Assembly: GCA_963719515.1 (NCBI GenBank) | Contig: CAVRCJ010000003.1 | Span: 96,001 to 160,000, forward strand | Origin: an uncultured cyanobacterium | GTDB lineage: Bacteria > Cyanobacteriota > Cyanobacteriia > CAKZMO01 | Direction of reading: 5' to 3' | Length of the DNA: 64,000 nucleotides | Shown here: positions 40,101 through 49,379 of the stretch, piece after piece | How positions within the stretch are numbered: the stretch's first letter is position 1 | Layout: each line of letters starts with the position of its first letter | Position numbers and translations under genes: made by a program | The notes under the pieces: model-generated | Database searches by the model: none | The model's input: only the letters and a program-made list of their open reading frames with translations | Told to the model about the DNA's origin: nothing

Positions 40101-41387
40101 GGAGCCAGCAGAAATTGGCGCAGAAGCCTCATCATCGAGAATCGTATCTTGGAAATTATTGCCGCTCCCACCGATATCGCTAAAGAGCGGTAGCGCTGTT
40201 CCGTTCGGTGAGGTGAGTTCTGCAGACAGGTCCCCGGCGAAAGTATGCTCTGCTGAGAAGCGAACATCTACATCACTGATGTTGCTTCCCCCTGCGGATA
40301 CGGTGAAAGTAAAGCTAGCGGTTCCCAGCTCAGAACCGCTAACGGCATCGGGAATAGGGCCACCTGTATCAACGCCAATCACCTCACCCCCAACGACCTC
40401 TCGCTGCACTGAGGCGTCAATGATTCCCAAGGTCAAGTTGATTCCTGAAATAGCCAGGTTTCGGCCGTTGGTCTGCAGCGCGTCCTGTAGATCCAGCATC
40501 ACCACATCCCCCTTTCCGTTCCCGTCGGCGTCGGCCCACAGCACTATCTGGCCAGTGCCCCTCGCAAACAGCAGCGCGTTGTCAGCCGCATCGGCTATGG
40601 TGATGCCGTCTGCGGCTGCGACCAGCAGAGTCGTATCGCCAGAAGACTCTGATAACTCCGACGTCTCACTATCGACTAGCTCAACTCGGGTCCCCAAAAC
40701 CTGGGCAATTCCGCCAGGAGCAGCTAAGTGCACCGTGCTCGATACAGAATTTCCAAATAGCGTTAGGGTTTGCCCAGGGCCTACTTCTAGGTTGGCTTCA
40801 TTGACCAAATTCCCGTGGGGCTGATTTTGAGGCTGGGTATTGAACTGCACCCCCAGCGGTACGCTGATACTCAACAACTCGTTTTCTTGAGGTATAGCCC
40901 TAAAGTCACGGCCGTCGATAAAGGTAAAGCGGTCTCCCGTGCTGGCGGTAAACGACCCAGCAATGTCCAACTGCGCATTGGGACCAAAAACGATGCCGTT
41001 GGGGTTAAGCAAAAACACATCGGCATTGCCCAGACTGCCCAAGGTGCCAAAAATATCTGACGAAACGTCTCCCGTCACCCGACTAAATACCCGCGTGACT
41101 CCAGCCGGGTTTTCGAAATACACCCGCTGCCCTGCGCCAACGCTGAAGCGCTCAAAGCTATGAAAAACGTTCTCTCCCCGCCGTGCCCCAGCGCGAATCA
41201 GGTCAGCCGCCGCCTCATCCACCGTGACGCCGTCAATCAACAGCTGCGACGACTCCGCCCCCAGCGTCCGATCGGGGATGACCTGAGCCCCAACGCGATC
41301 GCCAACCGGGAAAGCCCAAAAAACGGCCAGCGGCACAAGACTCCAGCGAAGCCGTTGCGGTTTTAAAGAGGCGATCGCTTGCAGCAT
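37176..41387 (-). CDS. Filamentous-haemagglutinin-family TpsA exoprotein with an inserted proprotein-convertase P-like domain
   Basis: Signal-like N-terminus ending AQ; TPS domain (NVFHSFERFSV, FLLNPNGIVFG); GDSGDGG beta-helix repeats; C-terminal TGRGGIP and EAQGW motifs. Confidence 0.93.
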   Translation of the reverse strand: MLQAIASLKPQRLRWSLVPLAVFWAFPVGDRVGAQVIPDRTLGAESSQLLIDGVTVDEAAADLIRAGARRGENVFHSFERFSVGAGQRVYFENPAGVTRVFSRVTGDVSSDIFGTLGSLGNADVFLLNPNGIVFGPNAQLDIAGSFTASTGDRFTFIDGRDFRAIPQENELLSISVPLGVQFNTQPQNQPHGNLVNEANLEVGPGQTLTLFGNSVSSTVHLAAPGGIAQVLGTRVELVDSETSELSESSGDTTLLVAAADGITIADAADNALLFARGTGQIVLWADADGNGKGDVVMLDLQDALQTNGRNLAISGINLTLGIIDASVQREVVGGEVIGVDTGGPIPDAVSGSELGTASFTFTVSAGGSNISDVDVRFSAEHTFAGDLSAELTSPNGTALPLFSDIGGSGNNFQDTILDDEASAPISAGSTPLNGRFQPEGDGGLAVFDGQLSEGTWTLTVTDDAPGDSGRLLQAGNRAPWGTAQGTQLIINASSVGGGPGGAVTLEALGNLSVAAVITTSSGIDSPSGAVEITAGGDITAARIDAGSSGNQGSDVVLLAGGNIQVDTPGIDASGGGHSGNGGQIQIAAEESITLVGSVDASAVSLLGDSGDGGAISVSSIFGDIEVSSPLTAESRADSSTVPSDSGDGGAISVSSTFGDITIDGSLETGSSSDALSGLDAVSGDSGDGGAITVSSRAGDITVNGDLSSSSISTSVSGLSMPSEAGAISGDSGDGGAIAISSRTGNVTVNGDLSSSSGSRTSTTSTSFSRGVSGDSGDGGPISISSGSGDIVISSGSEDIAIREGSLRSNSFSSSATSKPATSRPFSADLSAGNSGDGGSITLSSRAGDIVISGRRLDSNSFSISNVFPVNTNLASDLIDSSAGNSGDGGNITLSSRAGDISTDSDLSAFSFSNSGTAGNGGKISLAAIEGAIAGDETQVVTFSVAETGEITGFGGEVSFMSDTVSGLEIITLSSNGQSGDVDVRGFIETLRIRNLRTTTSGQVEIPNPFPVPNARTLTLDLDDFGQAGNTAIESASNIAFNNVEIQADANGSQPAGGVAITSPGQVTLTDSRINSNTNREGNAGAIRINADRLDINSSSIESSTGPRSTGQGGRITVIAGETALRNGGRITVSSAGQGQGGSVSLEGDLLTLADNSRISATTLSSDGGDLSFALSDLLLLQGGSEISTTAGAAEGGGDGGDISITTRFLTAGGNSDITANAFDGMGGNVDITASSGIFGIVPRRFRTTQSDITASSRNGVFGEIVIQSPEVDPDQSTVELPTTFAAPDLVQSCRETFVASGSQFIVTGRGGIPQSPLDPAAIAPWQDVLPIVGHEAVPNEIQSQAHDDQRPAVDSGRRSFSREARPAIVPVVEAQGWIKNEQGQIVLVAEAQPLASSSLPCEN

Positions 41388-41492
41388 AATCAGTATCGAT
41401 AGGGATGGAGAGTCCTTAGGTCACCCTAAAGATTTCCTGCTCCACGTTACCTGAATTTCCGCATCATGTTCAAAGATGCGTAAAGGAATAGC

Positions 41493-42254
41493 CTATTCCA
41501 GCTCACAGCACGGCTGGATCGGAGCCGCTCCTACCTGCTCTAGCCCCACCTGCTCTAGCAGCGCCGCCCAGGCCTCCTGGCTTTCAAAATCGCCGCCATC
41601 CGCCCGCCGCAGCTCCCCTAAAACCGTTAAGGCATCGTGCCAAATTCCCGCACGGGCGTAGGCCTGAGCCTGAGACAGCGATCGCACTGTACCTGCCGAA
41701 AACGGCTCTACCGCCTCCGCTGCAGCGCGCTCAATCGTGCCGCGCACAAACACCGCCGCTGCCGGGCGGTCTGGGTCGCAGGCGAGAGAGAGCGTCCAAT
41801 AGTGGGGCTCATTTAGGGGCAGGGTGACCGTGTCAGGAAGGGCGATCGCCAGGGTTCCAGCGTCCGTATCGACAGCGAGGGACGTGGAATAAAGAAAGTT
41901 GTCGGCGGCATCCTGCACCACGAGCTCCATTGGCATCTCGGAGGTTACCGCAGTAGGAAGATAAAACCACAGGGTGGGGTGAGCAGCCGTAGTCTGGCCC
42001 CGAACTATCCCCTCTGTAATTGGCACCAGCGCCTTCAGACCGCTGTAGTCTAGACAGTCGCCTCGACTCGCGCCGCCGTCGCGTCGCCCCGCTGGGGCAC
42101 CTTGCCCTGAGGGTGGGGGCGGGGCATTGAAGCGTATCGAGCTGGGTTCGGAGGACGGCTGAAACTGCGCCGAGCTAGGCTGCGCTAAACCGAGTACCGC
42201 TAGCAGCGATAGGCCAGAGCCAAGACATTGGATGAGCGTAGAGCTGAGTGTCAT
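41493..42254 (-). CDS. DUF928 domain secreted protein
   Basis: Signal peptide; motifs GRRDGGASRGDC, HPTLWFYLP, YARAGIWHDAL and WAALLEQVGL. Confidence 0.9.
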   Translation of the reverse strand: MTLSSTLIQCLGSGLSLLAVLGLAQPSSAQFQPSSEPSSIRFNAPPPPSGQGAPAGRRDGGASRGDCLDYSGLKALVPITEGIVRGQTTAAHPTLWFYLPTAVTSEMPMELVVQDAADNFLYSTSLAVDTDAGTLAIALPDTVTLPLNEPHYWTLSLACDPDRPAAAVFVRGTIERAAAEAVEPFSAGTVRSLSQAQAYARAGIWHDALTVLGELRRADGGDFESQEAWAALLEQVGLEQVGAAPIQPCCELE

Positions 42255-42359
42255 AGAAGGTAGCGTGCAGTAACCCACACGAGAGAACGACAGAGACAAA
42301 ACAAAGAAATACTTGACCGCCCGAGCCAGATACAGCGTTTCTCAAGCTGGTGGAGTGCG

Positions 42360-42390
42360 GGCGGTGGCGTCGCACTGCGACGCCACCGCC
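42360..42390. promoter_or_regulatory. Perfect 15-bp GC-rich intercistronic hairpin
   Basis: ggcggtggcgtcgca-c-tgcgacgccaccgcc. Confidence 0.6.
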
Positions 42391-42430
42391 AAATCCATAC
42401 ATCACGTGAGCAAGAATTGCTATAAACCAG

Positions 42431-44935
42431 TCAAGCAAGGCGAGAATAGCTGCGGCTGATGATGCCAATGCCTGACCCCGCAAAAGCCAACGCGGCGGGC
42501 ACCAGCGGCACCCAGTAGCCCGCTACCAAAAGCCAAAGGCTGCCGCCCACCAGCACAACTAGGCCTAGTCCCCCTAGGGCTAGAGGTCGCCACAATCCCA
42601 CACCGAGTTGCGACCGCCCCACCACCCAGCCGCCCACCGCCCAGCCGCCAATCCACAGCAGTTCACCCCAGAGGGGCCACACCCTGAGCACAGACCGATC
42701 GCCCAGAGCAGCGCTAATCAGCTGGCTGGTCATCTGCGCCTGTAAAAATACGCCTGCAGTTTTGTCACCGCTGCTTGTCCCGTAGGGCGTAGCCCAGTCA
42801 TCCGTCATGCTGCTTGCCGTGACGCCAATCAGCACAATTCGATTGGCGATCGCCTCTGGGTTCACTTTGTCATCAAGAACTTGGGCGAGGGAAACCCGAT
42901 CGGCGATGACTCGCGGGGATGACAGGGCGCGGTAGTTAAGCAAGATCTGATTGCCAGCAGCGTCTATGGGCTGGTAGCCACCGCTGCGGGAGCGCAGTCG
43001 CGGAAACAGAGCGTCTCCAATGACTAGATTGCCTCCGGCGTCAAAGCGAGGGGTGATGTCTTCCCCTTGAAGGTATAAGAAGGCGAGGCGAGCGCTAAAG
43101 GCATAGGGCGTTGTACAGGTCGCGACGGGGTCGACTGCTAAAGAAACCAAGTGTCGCCGCACCACTCCGTCGCGATCGTCAAGGAAGTCGCTAAAGCCGA
43201 CTAGCTCTTCAGTCAGCTCAGGGGGAGGATCCACACCAATCGGATCGACGGTAGGGTCGCGGCTTTTGCAGACGCCCACCAGGCGATCGCCCGCCCGCAG
43301 TCGGGCTGCCAGCGTGGGATGGTTGGGGCTAACGGGATAGTCGCGGTAGATATCGAGACCAATAACTCGGGCCTGATGACGATCGAGGACTGTGAGCAGG
43401 CGGTCTAGCGCTTCATCTGATAAGGAGCCTCGCCGCTCCGGGGGCTGGGCGCGGATATCAGCTTCGCTAATAGTGACGACTAAAAATCGTGGGTCCGGTA
43501 GTTCAGCGGACCGCATCCGCATGAGGCGATCGAATACATACAGTTCTACGAGCTCTAAGCTCCCCAGCAGGCGCAGCCCCATCACGGCGGCGATCATCAA
43601 CAGCGGCATCCAGAGCGTGCCAATCTTGAGGGGCAGCGGCCCCTTCTCTCCTCCCGCTTTCTCTAACGCGGCTGAAGACGGGTGGTGAGTGCCTTTTAGC
43701 TCATCCCAGGTTACCGGCTGCTCAGCTGGGTTTTGCACAATTACAGGCAGCCAGGTGGCGCAGGGGCACAGCTGCTCCAAAGCCTGGAGCTGTTCGCGGG
43801 CGGCGCGGACGGCAAGGTAGAGCGGCTGACCCTCGGCAAAAGCCATAAGAAAGTGCTTTAGAAAGGCGTGGGCCACCCCATCGGGGACTGGCTCGCGCAT
43901 CACGATGACCTGGGGAATATGGAGGTCAGCCAAATCCCACGCTAGTCCCAGGCCATCGCAGGAATTGAAAATGGCCAGCTGTAGCCCTTGAGCGATCGCC
44001 CTGCGCAGGGCATATTGGAGCTGAACGAGACTGATAGTGTCCCTGCGGTTGAGCTGCAGTACGCCTTGGTTTTGGCTAGAGCTGTGGCCCGCAAAGAAGA
44101 GAATATCCCAGGAGCCTTGCCAAAGCTTCTGGTGCAGGTCGTCCAAACTGGGCTCGGCTAGGACCGTGACGGCGGCGCCGGGTAGGGTCGATAGAAGCTG
44201 CCGGTCCATCTCCACGTCGATGTCCTGGGCATTGCCCAAAACTGCTAAAACTGTAACCTGGCCGTCGGTCTTTTGGTGGGGCCGCTTGACAGAACGCTGA
44301 TAGTTGATCGAGCTCAGGGCGAGCTCAGCGTGGGGGTAGTCTTCGAACAGTTGCCAGAGCTGCCAGGGGTAGCGCAAGACTTCTCGATCCTCCGCCGCCA
44401 CGACGACGCGAATCTCATCGCTGCGCCCCAGCTGAGTTCTCAGCTGACGATCTATAAGCCGAAAGGTAGGCGATTCAAGCCAGCTGTTGAGCTGGTGCCG
44501 CAGGTCATGGCCAAGCTGTACAAACTCTGCCCCTGACACATGAGTGACGTCGTCCTCGTCAACATCGATGGGGAAGTCTAGCGAGGGCGCTGCTGAATCT
44601 GCAGACCCTTCTGCTACTGAATCTTCTGCTGAGTCGTCTGCTGGGCTGGCTTCATCCCCATTACGCCTCGGATCTGCAGAGCCCGGCGCCTTTACGTTTT
44701 GCCCTGCATCAGGATCCGTAGTCAGCGAGCGTCGTCGACTGCCGCAGGCGTCATAGAGGGCCTCGTAGAGCGATCGCCACCGCCGGTAAACCCGATCGAG
44801 GTCGGGGGCGATAGGTAAGCTGCCTGAAACCTGCATTGGCGCACCGCTGCCCGCTTCCCAAAGCTGCAGGGTAACGCTGGCAAACCCTTGCTGCCAGCTA
44901 CCTTGCCCCAACGTGAGCATCACGCGCTGTTCCAT
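42431..44935 (-). CDS. CHAT (caspase/HetF-like) protease - TM - CHASE2 sensor - 3 TM protein
   Basis: CHAT: FFAGHSS and IFNSCDGL. CHASE2: IGLDIYRD, DRDGVVRR and RIVLIG. C-terminal hydrophobic helices. Confidence 0.92.
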   Translation of the reverse strand: MEQRVMLTLGQGSWQQGFASVTLQLWEAGSGAPMQVSGSLPIAPDLDRVYRRWRSLYEALYDACGSRRRSLTTDPDAGQNVKAPGSADPRRNGDEASPADDSAEDSVAEGSADSAAPSLDFPIDVDEDDVTHVSGAEFVQLGHDLRHQLNSWLESPTFRLIDRQLRTQLGRSDEIRVVVAAEDREVLRYPWQLWQLFEDYPHAELALSSINYQRSVKRPHQKTDGQVTVLAVLGNAQDIDVEMDRQLLSTLPGAAVTVLAEPSLDDLHQKLWQGSWDILFFAGHSSSQNQGVLQLNRRDTISLVQLQYALRRAIAQGLQLAIFNSCDGLGLAWDLADLHIPQVIVMREPVPDGVAHAFLKHFLMAFAEGQPLYLAVRAAREQLQALEQLCPCATWLPVIVQNPAEQPVTWDELKGTHHPSSAALEKAGGEKGPLPLKIGTLWMPLLMIAAVMGLRLLGSLELVELYVFDRLMRMRSAELPDPRFLVVTISEADIRAQPPERRGSLSDEALDRLLTVLDRHQARVIGLDIYRDYPVSPNHPTLAARLRAGDRLVGVCKSRDPTVDPIGVDPPPELTEELVGFSDFLDDRDGVVRRHLVSLAVDPVATCTTPYAFSARLAFLYLQGEDITPRFDAGGNLVIGDALFPRLRSRSGGYQPIDAAGNQILLNYRALSSPRVIADRVSLAQVLDDKVNPEAIANRIVLIGVTASSMTDDWATPYGTSSGDKTAGVFLQAQMTSQLISAALGDRSVLRVWPLWGELLWIGGWAVGGWVVGRSQLGVGLWRPLALGGLGLVVLVGGSLWLLVAGYWVPLVPAALAFAGSGIGIISRSYSRLA

Positions 44936-44938
44936 GGC

Positions 44939-46180
44939 CTACGTCGTGAACGGTTCTAGAATTGTTGTGGTTCCCAACTGCACCTGGACGCTGAAGGCGC
45001 ATCTCGGCGGTAGCCGAAATCGCTTGAGCTGAATGTAATCCCCCATCCCTCTACTCTGCACCGTTTGTACGACCTTTTTTGATGGCGCAAGTAGACTGAT
45101 TTCAACACCCTTTGGCAAAGCCGCTTCTACTTCGGGCCGCAGCTGTACTCTTACGGCAGAGCGCCCATCGGCCTCCAATTCCACACTGACAAGCAAGATT
45201 ACCGGAACCGAGTCAGTATCGGCCTCTAAGGTAAGGCGCTTGCCTCGACAGACGATCCTTGCGGGCTCAAGCTTCCGAAATGCCATGGCAGCATCTGACA
45301 TAGGCAGGAGAGACTGCAGGGTCTGCCAGCCTTGATTCGACCGGTCAATTTCTGGCCTTGTCTGCGCTAGGCTGCGGAGCCACTGCCCCAAGTCTGTAAG
45401 GCTAAGCTCCTGAGACTGTCCCTGCAATTCATCTTGAACCTTTTGCCGAGCATTGTAAAGCCGCGATCGCCAGGTGGGATGCTCTAGCAGCGCTCCCCAA
45501 AGGGGGACCGGCACCTCTAAGCGGGGTATGGGGCAATCTGACCGGCCCAAGCGCTGAATTAGCGACTCGGCCTGTGGGGAAGGCAGGCCGGAAAGCGGCG
45601 GTACAGTCAGCCGCGTGCGTTCTTTAGGGCAAAGGGATCGCGATGCCGAGAGAACGGATAGATCGGCGAGCCTTTCGCCCGGCAAGCTGTAGGTGCGATC
45701 GCCGGAATCATAGCGTCCGTGCTGCTTAAGATCGGCGTGGGTCGTGTAGCTCCATAGACAAAGCTGGCGGTCATCGGGGTTGATTTGAACCCCGACGTAG
45801 TAGTCCCCGATCCAGCTTGGAATATCGACCCACTCTTGGGGAACGCGCAGCTCGCTAACGTCGATCGCTTCCGAGGGAACCAGGACTAGTCGAGCAGCTT
45901 GGGAATCCGCCGTGTCGGCAGCCGCTCCGTGAACCGAGACGGCGCTGCCGCCCACTAAATCCCAGATAGAGCGCCTGTTCCTATCGTCGAACTGCTCCGA
46001 GTTGACCCCAAACTCATCTTGTAGCCAAGGCAGGACGCCATAGAGACAAAGCTGGTTTAGGTAAGCCCGCCATGCCGCCGGACCCCGGTGGTGATTTCGG
46101 CTAGCTTGCCAGCTTTTAGCCTGCAGACTTGGGTCTAAATCAAGAAAAAGCTGCCCCGAGGGGTTGAGTAGACTTGTCAT
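44939..46180 (-). CDS. DUF1822 family protein
   Basis: Motifs AYLNQLCL, ELRVPQEWVDIPSWIGDYYVGVQI and YTTH; C-terminal Ig-like QLRP...YIQLK.F region. Confidence 0.9.
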   Translation of the reverse strand: MTSLLNPSGQLFLDLDPSLQAKSWQASRNHHRGPAAWRAYLNQLCLYGVLPWLQDEFGVNSEQFDDRNRRSIWDLVGGSAVSVHGAAADTADSQAARLVLVPSEAIDVSELRVPQEWVDIPSWIGDYYVGVQINPDDRQLCLWSYTTHADLKQHGRYDSGDRTYSLPGERLADLSVLSASRSLCPKERTRLTVPPLSGLPSPQAESLIQRLGRSDCPIPRLEVPVPLWGALLEHPTWRSRLYNARQKVQDELQGQSQELSLTDLGQWLRSLAQTRPEIDRSNQGWQTLQSLLPMSDAAMAFRKLEPARIVCRGKRLTLEADTDSVPVILLVSVELEADGRSAVRVQLRPEVEAALPKGVEISLLAPSKKVVQTVQSRGMGDYIQLKRFRLPPRCAFSVQVQLGTTTILEPFTT

Positions 46181-46197
46181 TGCTCCGTCTCCTGGGG

Positions 46198-47406
46198 TTA
46201 CTCTGCCGCACTGTAGTAGCTATACAACCATTCTTCCAAAACAGTACTCATCCCCTTCAATACGTCGGTGTTGAGCGAAATATGCAGGGTATCGCGACTC
46301 CAAAGAGAAATTTGTTTGAGCAGTGTCTCCCGCACTTTGCTCAACCGGCGTGACACCGTATATTGTTGGACCGACAGACTCTGCGCAATCTGCTGCTGCG
46401 TTTGTCCCTGACGGTAATACAATGCCAAGATGTCCTGGGCTTCTGGAGGGAGCTGCTCCAGCGCCTGACGCAGCTCTCGGTCAAGCTCAGTTTGCTGGTG
46501 CTGTCGGGCGTCAATCTCCTCTTGAAGCGCCAGGGCATCCAAGAGCGAATCGCAGGTCGGATCGCTGAGAGTGTCTTGAAGCTCGTCGCCACCTCCCAGT
46601 CTTGAGGTGTTGAGCGAGGTCGCTTTAGGGTATAGGTAAGACCGGGCAGCAGCGGCACAGTGGCGTAGCCAGACGTTGAGCGTAGCTCCATCAGCGCTTG
46701 GCGGTACGGGCGCTGAGGTCTGGCGCTGTTGGTTAAACTGGTGGGCGATCGCTTGCCAAAGCTCGGCGCTCGGCTGATTGAGCTGACGAGTCGCGTCCGC
46801 TGACGGGACGTAGATCGCTTTGAAGCAGCGCCACGCTAGGACGTAGGGGCTTACCTTATCTCCTAGCCCACTGGCCAGCAGCGCTTCTTCGAGTCGTTTC
46901 TGGCTGAGTCTACGCAGCAGCGCCCAATCGCTGCAAATGTCGAGCTCCTTTCGCTGCCGCAAAGTGTCGCGAATGATGTTGTTGAAAGCGGTGTGGGCAT
47001 AGGTATCAAGTCGGGAGCCTCTCTCAGGGGAGAAATGATCTAGAACATAGCCCAATCGAGCGATCGCTATCTGAAAGTAGTCCGCTAAACCATCGTAGTG
47101 GGCTGAAAACCGGGCCGTTTTGCTAGCGGCCCAGTAGCAAGTCTCCTGCAAGTACGCGGCCAGGTGACCATAGGGAAGATTGGCCCGGTTGTCTTGACCA
47201 CCGGTGAGACGCCAGCACTTATACCAATAGGTGATCAAGTATTTTGCAGTAGCTTGGGCCTGCTCGTCTTGTTCATAATTGATGCGGTTTAGAGCTGCTC
47301 TGGTGTGGCGGGCGAGCCGCACATCGGTGATCCACCGCTTAAAACGATCGTCCGCTAATTCAATGAAGGTCGAAAACTGCTCGACAACCGCAGAACGTTC
47401 CAGCAT
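46198..47406 (-). CDS. Cyanobacterial sigma-70-like factor (HetZ-related long ECF-like type)
   Basis: Region 2-like FSPERGSRLDTYA..IIRDTLR; region 4 HTH LYYRQGQTQQQIAQSLSVQQYTVSRRL. Start at 47406 or 47439. Confidence 0.85.
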   Translation of the reverse strand: MLERSAVVEQFSTFIELADDRFKRWITDVRLARHTRAALNRINYEQDEQAQATAKYLITYWYKCWRLTGGQDNRANLPYGHLAAYLQETCYWAASKTARFSAHYDGLADYFQIAIARLGYVLDHFSPERGSRLDTYAHTAFNNIIRDTLRQRKELDICSDWALLRRLSQKRLEEALLASGLGDKVSPYVLAWRCFKAIYVPSADATRQLNQPSAELWQAIAHQFNQQRQTSAPVPPSADGATLNVWLRHCAAAARSYLYPKATSLNTSRLGGGDELQDTLSDPTCDSLLDALALQEEIDARQHQQTELDRELRQALEQLPPEAQDILALYYRQGQTQQQIAQSLSVQQYTVSRRLSKVRETLLKQISLWSRDTLHISLNTDVLKGMSTVLEEWLYSYYSAAE

Positions 47407-47599
47407 AGAGGACAAAGGTCTAAAATCGCATCGTTTCATCTTAGATCCACTTCGCCCCGTAAATCTACTCGACCCAATCTACTCGACTATCACGGGCTAA
47501 TCCGCCGTTCTCACCACAATTTTATTTGCAGAGAATGCTATACATTGGGTGAGTTGGGGTCGGAACTGACCTGCTGTCCGTGTTCGTGTTTACAGAGTC

Positions 47600-49294
47600 A
47601 TGGTCATTGATGTACTCGCTCAAGTTTTGCTTCTCGATGTCCCCCCTAAGTCTATCCCGTCACACCTCGTTGCCCAGGTAGCCGAGCCCCCATCAACTCA
47701 GCCTCTCCCCGAACCCGACCTATCTCCGCTGCCACCACCAAGCGAGCTGCTACAGTCTCCCGAAGAAGAGCGTCCCTCCGAGCCTGAGGCCGAGGTGCCT
47801 GACCAGATTTTCGTCGAGCGCTTCACCGTCGAGGGCAACACCGTTATCGATGACGAAGCCTTAGCGGCGGTGCTCGACTCATTTGCGGGGCGATCGCTCT
47901 CTTTTGCCGAGCTGCTGCAGGCTCGCTCCGCCGTTACCCAGCGCTACGTCGATGAAGGCTACGTCACTTCAGGGGCCTTCATTCCGCCTCAGGTCTTGAC
48001 CGAAGGTGCGGTGATTATCCAGGTCTTGGAAGGGCGACTAGAAGAGATCAACGTCGACGTCAATGGGCGACTTAGCTCAGGCTACGTGCGGCGCAGACTG
48101 CGGCGGGCGGCTTCTCCAGTTCTCAATACCGATACTTTACTCAACGCCCTACAGCTTCTGCAGATCGACCCACTGATCGACACGATCTCGGCGGAGCTGT
48201 CGACGGGGGTACAGCCGGGGACTAGCGTACTGGATGTGGTGGTGGACCAGGCGGACACCTTTGACGTCACCCTGCAAACCAACAACGGGCGATCCCCCAG
48301 CGTAGGGAGCTTTCGGCGTGGCCTAACGCTCAGCGAAGGTAACCTCCTCGGCGTTGGCGATGGGATCAGCGTCGGCTACGCCAACACCGATGGGAGCGAC
48401 ACCCTAGACCTAAGCTATCGCGTTCCTCTCAATGCCTCAGGCGGTACCTTTGCCACCAATCTCGGCTTCACTGATAGCGAGGTGATTGAAGATCCGTTCA
48501 ATTTCTTGGATATTCAGTCCAAGTCACGGTTCTATGAATTCACCTACCGTCAACCCGTAGTCCAAGCGCCAGAACATGAGTTTGCCCTCAGTCTTACCGC
48601 TTCTCGGCGAGAGAGCCAGAGTGAGTTTCTAGAAGGGGTGATAGGGGAGTCGGTGCCCTTCCCGGCGCTGGGGGCAGACGAAGAGGGGCGCACCCGCATC
48701 TCGGCGCTGCGGTTTGCTCAAGACTGGACTCAGCAAGGGCCTCGCCAGGTGATTGCGGCGCGATCGCAATTTAGTCTGGGTTTAGATGCCTTCGACGCCA
48801 CTATCAACGAAACGGGCCCAGACGCTCGCTTTTTAGCTTGGCGAGGTCAGGGCCAGTGGGTACGGCTGTTAGATGAAGATCTGCTGCTGCTGGTGCGGGG
48901 GGACCTACAGCTGGCGGATAACAGCTTGGTTCCGCTGGAACAATTTGGTTTGGGGGGCGGGCAAACGGTGCGAGGCTACCGTCAGGACGAGCTGCTCACC
49001 GACAGCGGCGTGCTGTTTTCTTCAGAAATTCGGGTGCCCGTACTGCGGGTACGGCAGGCGGACGGACTGCTGCAGGTGGTTCCTTTCATTGATGTGGGGC
49101 GGGGCTGGAACATCGGGACATCTGATCTTGACCCAGCAACCCTAGCTTCCCTTGGTCTGGGCCTGCTGTGGCAGATGGGCGATCGCCTCAATGCCAGAGT
49201 TGACGTAGGGTTTCCGCTGATTGATACCGATACCGATGGCGGCACCCTACAGGAGGATGGTATCCATTTCACAGTCAGTCTAAGACTGTTTTGA
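47600..49294 (+). CDS. ShlB/FhaC/HecB TpsB outer-membrane transporter
   Basis: POTRA domains (YVDEGYVTSGA, EGRLEEI), VRGY motif, C-terminal Phe. Confidence 0.95.
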   Translation: MVIDVLAQVLLLDVPPKSIPSHLVAQVAEPPSTQPLPEPDLSPLPPPSELLQSPEEERPSEPEAEVPDQIFVERFTVEGNTVIDDEALAAVLDSFAGRSLSFAELLQARSAVTQRYVDEGYVTSGAFIPPQVLTEGAVIIQVLEGRLEEINVDVNGRLSSGYVRRRLRRAASPVLNTDTLLNALQLLQIDPLIDTISAELSTGVQPGTSVLDVVVDQADTFDVTLQTNNGRSPSVGSFRRGLTLSEGNLLGVGDGISVGYANTDGSDTLDLSYRVPLNASGGTFATNLGFTDSEVIEDPFNFLDIQSKSRFYEFTYRQPVVQAPEHEFALSLTASRRESQSEFLEGVIGESVPFPALGADEEGRTRISALRFAQDWTQQGPRQVIAARSQFSLGLDAFDATINETGPDARFLAWRGQGQWVRLLDEDLLLLVRGDLQLADNSLVPLEQFGLGGGQTVRGYRQDELLTDSGVLFSSEIRVPVLRVRQADGLLQVVPFIDVGRGWNIGTSDLDPATLASLGLGLLWQMGDRLNARVDVGFPLIDTDTDGGTLQEDGIHFTVSLRLF

Positions 49295-49379
49295 CCAGAA
49301 TTTTTACCAGCGGCCAAGCGCCCTTTCTCGATTGCCATAGGCAATAGGTTGAGAAATAGAGCTGACCGTTCCCAAGGAA

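Noticed and set aside
37176..41387. Contact-dependent inhibition (CdiA) toxin
   Set aside because: No VENN/pre-toxin motif, no toxin domain and no tightly linked immunity gene.
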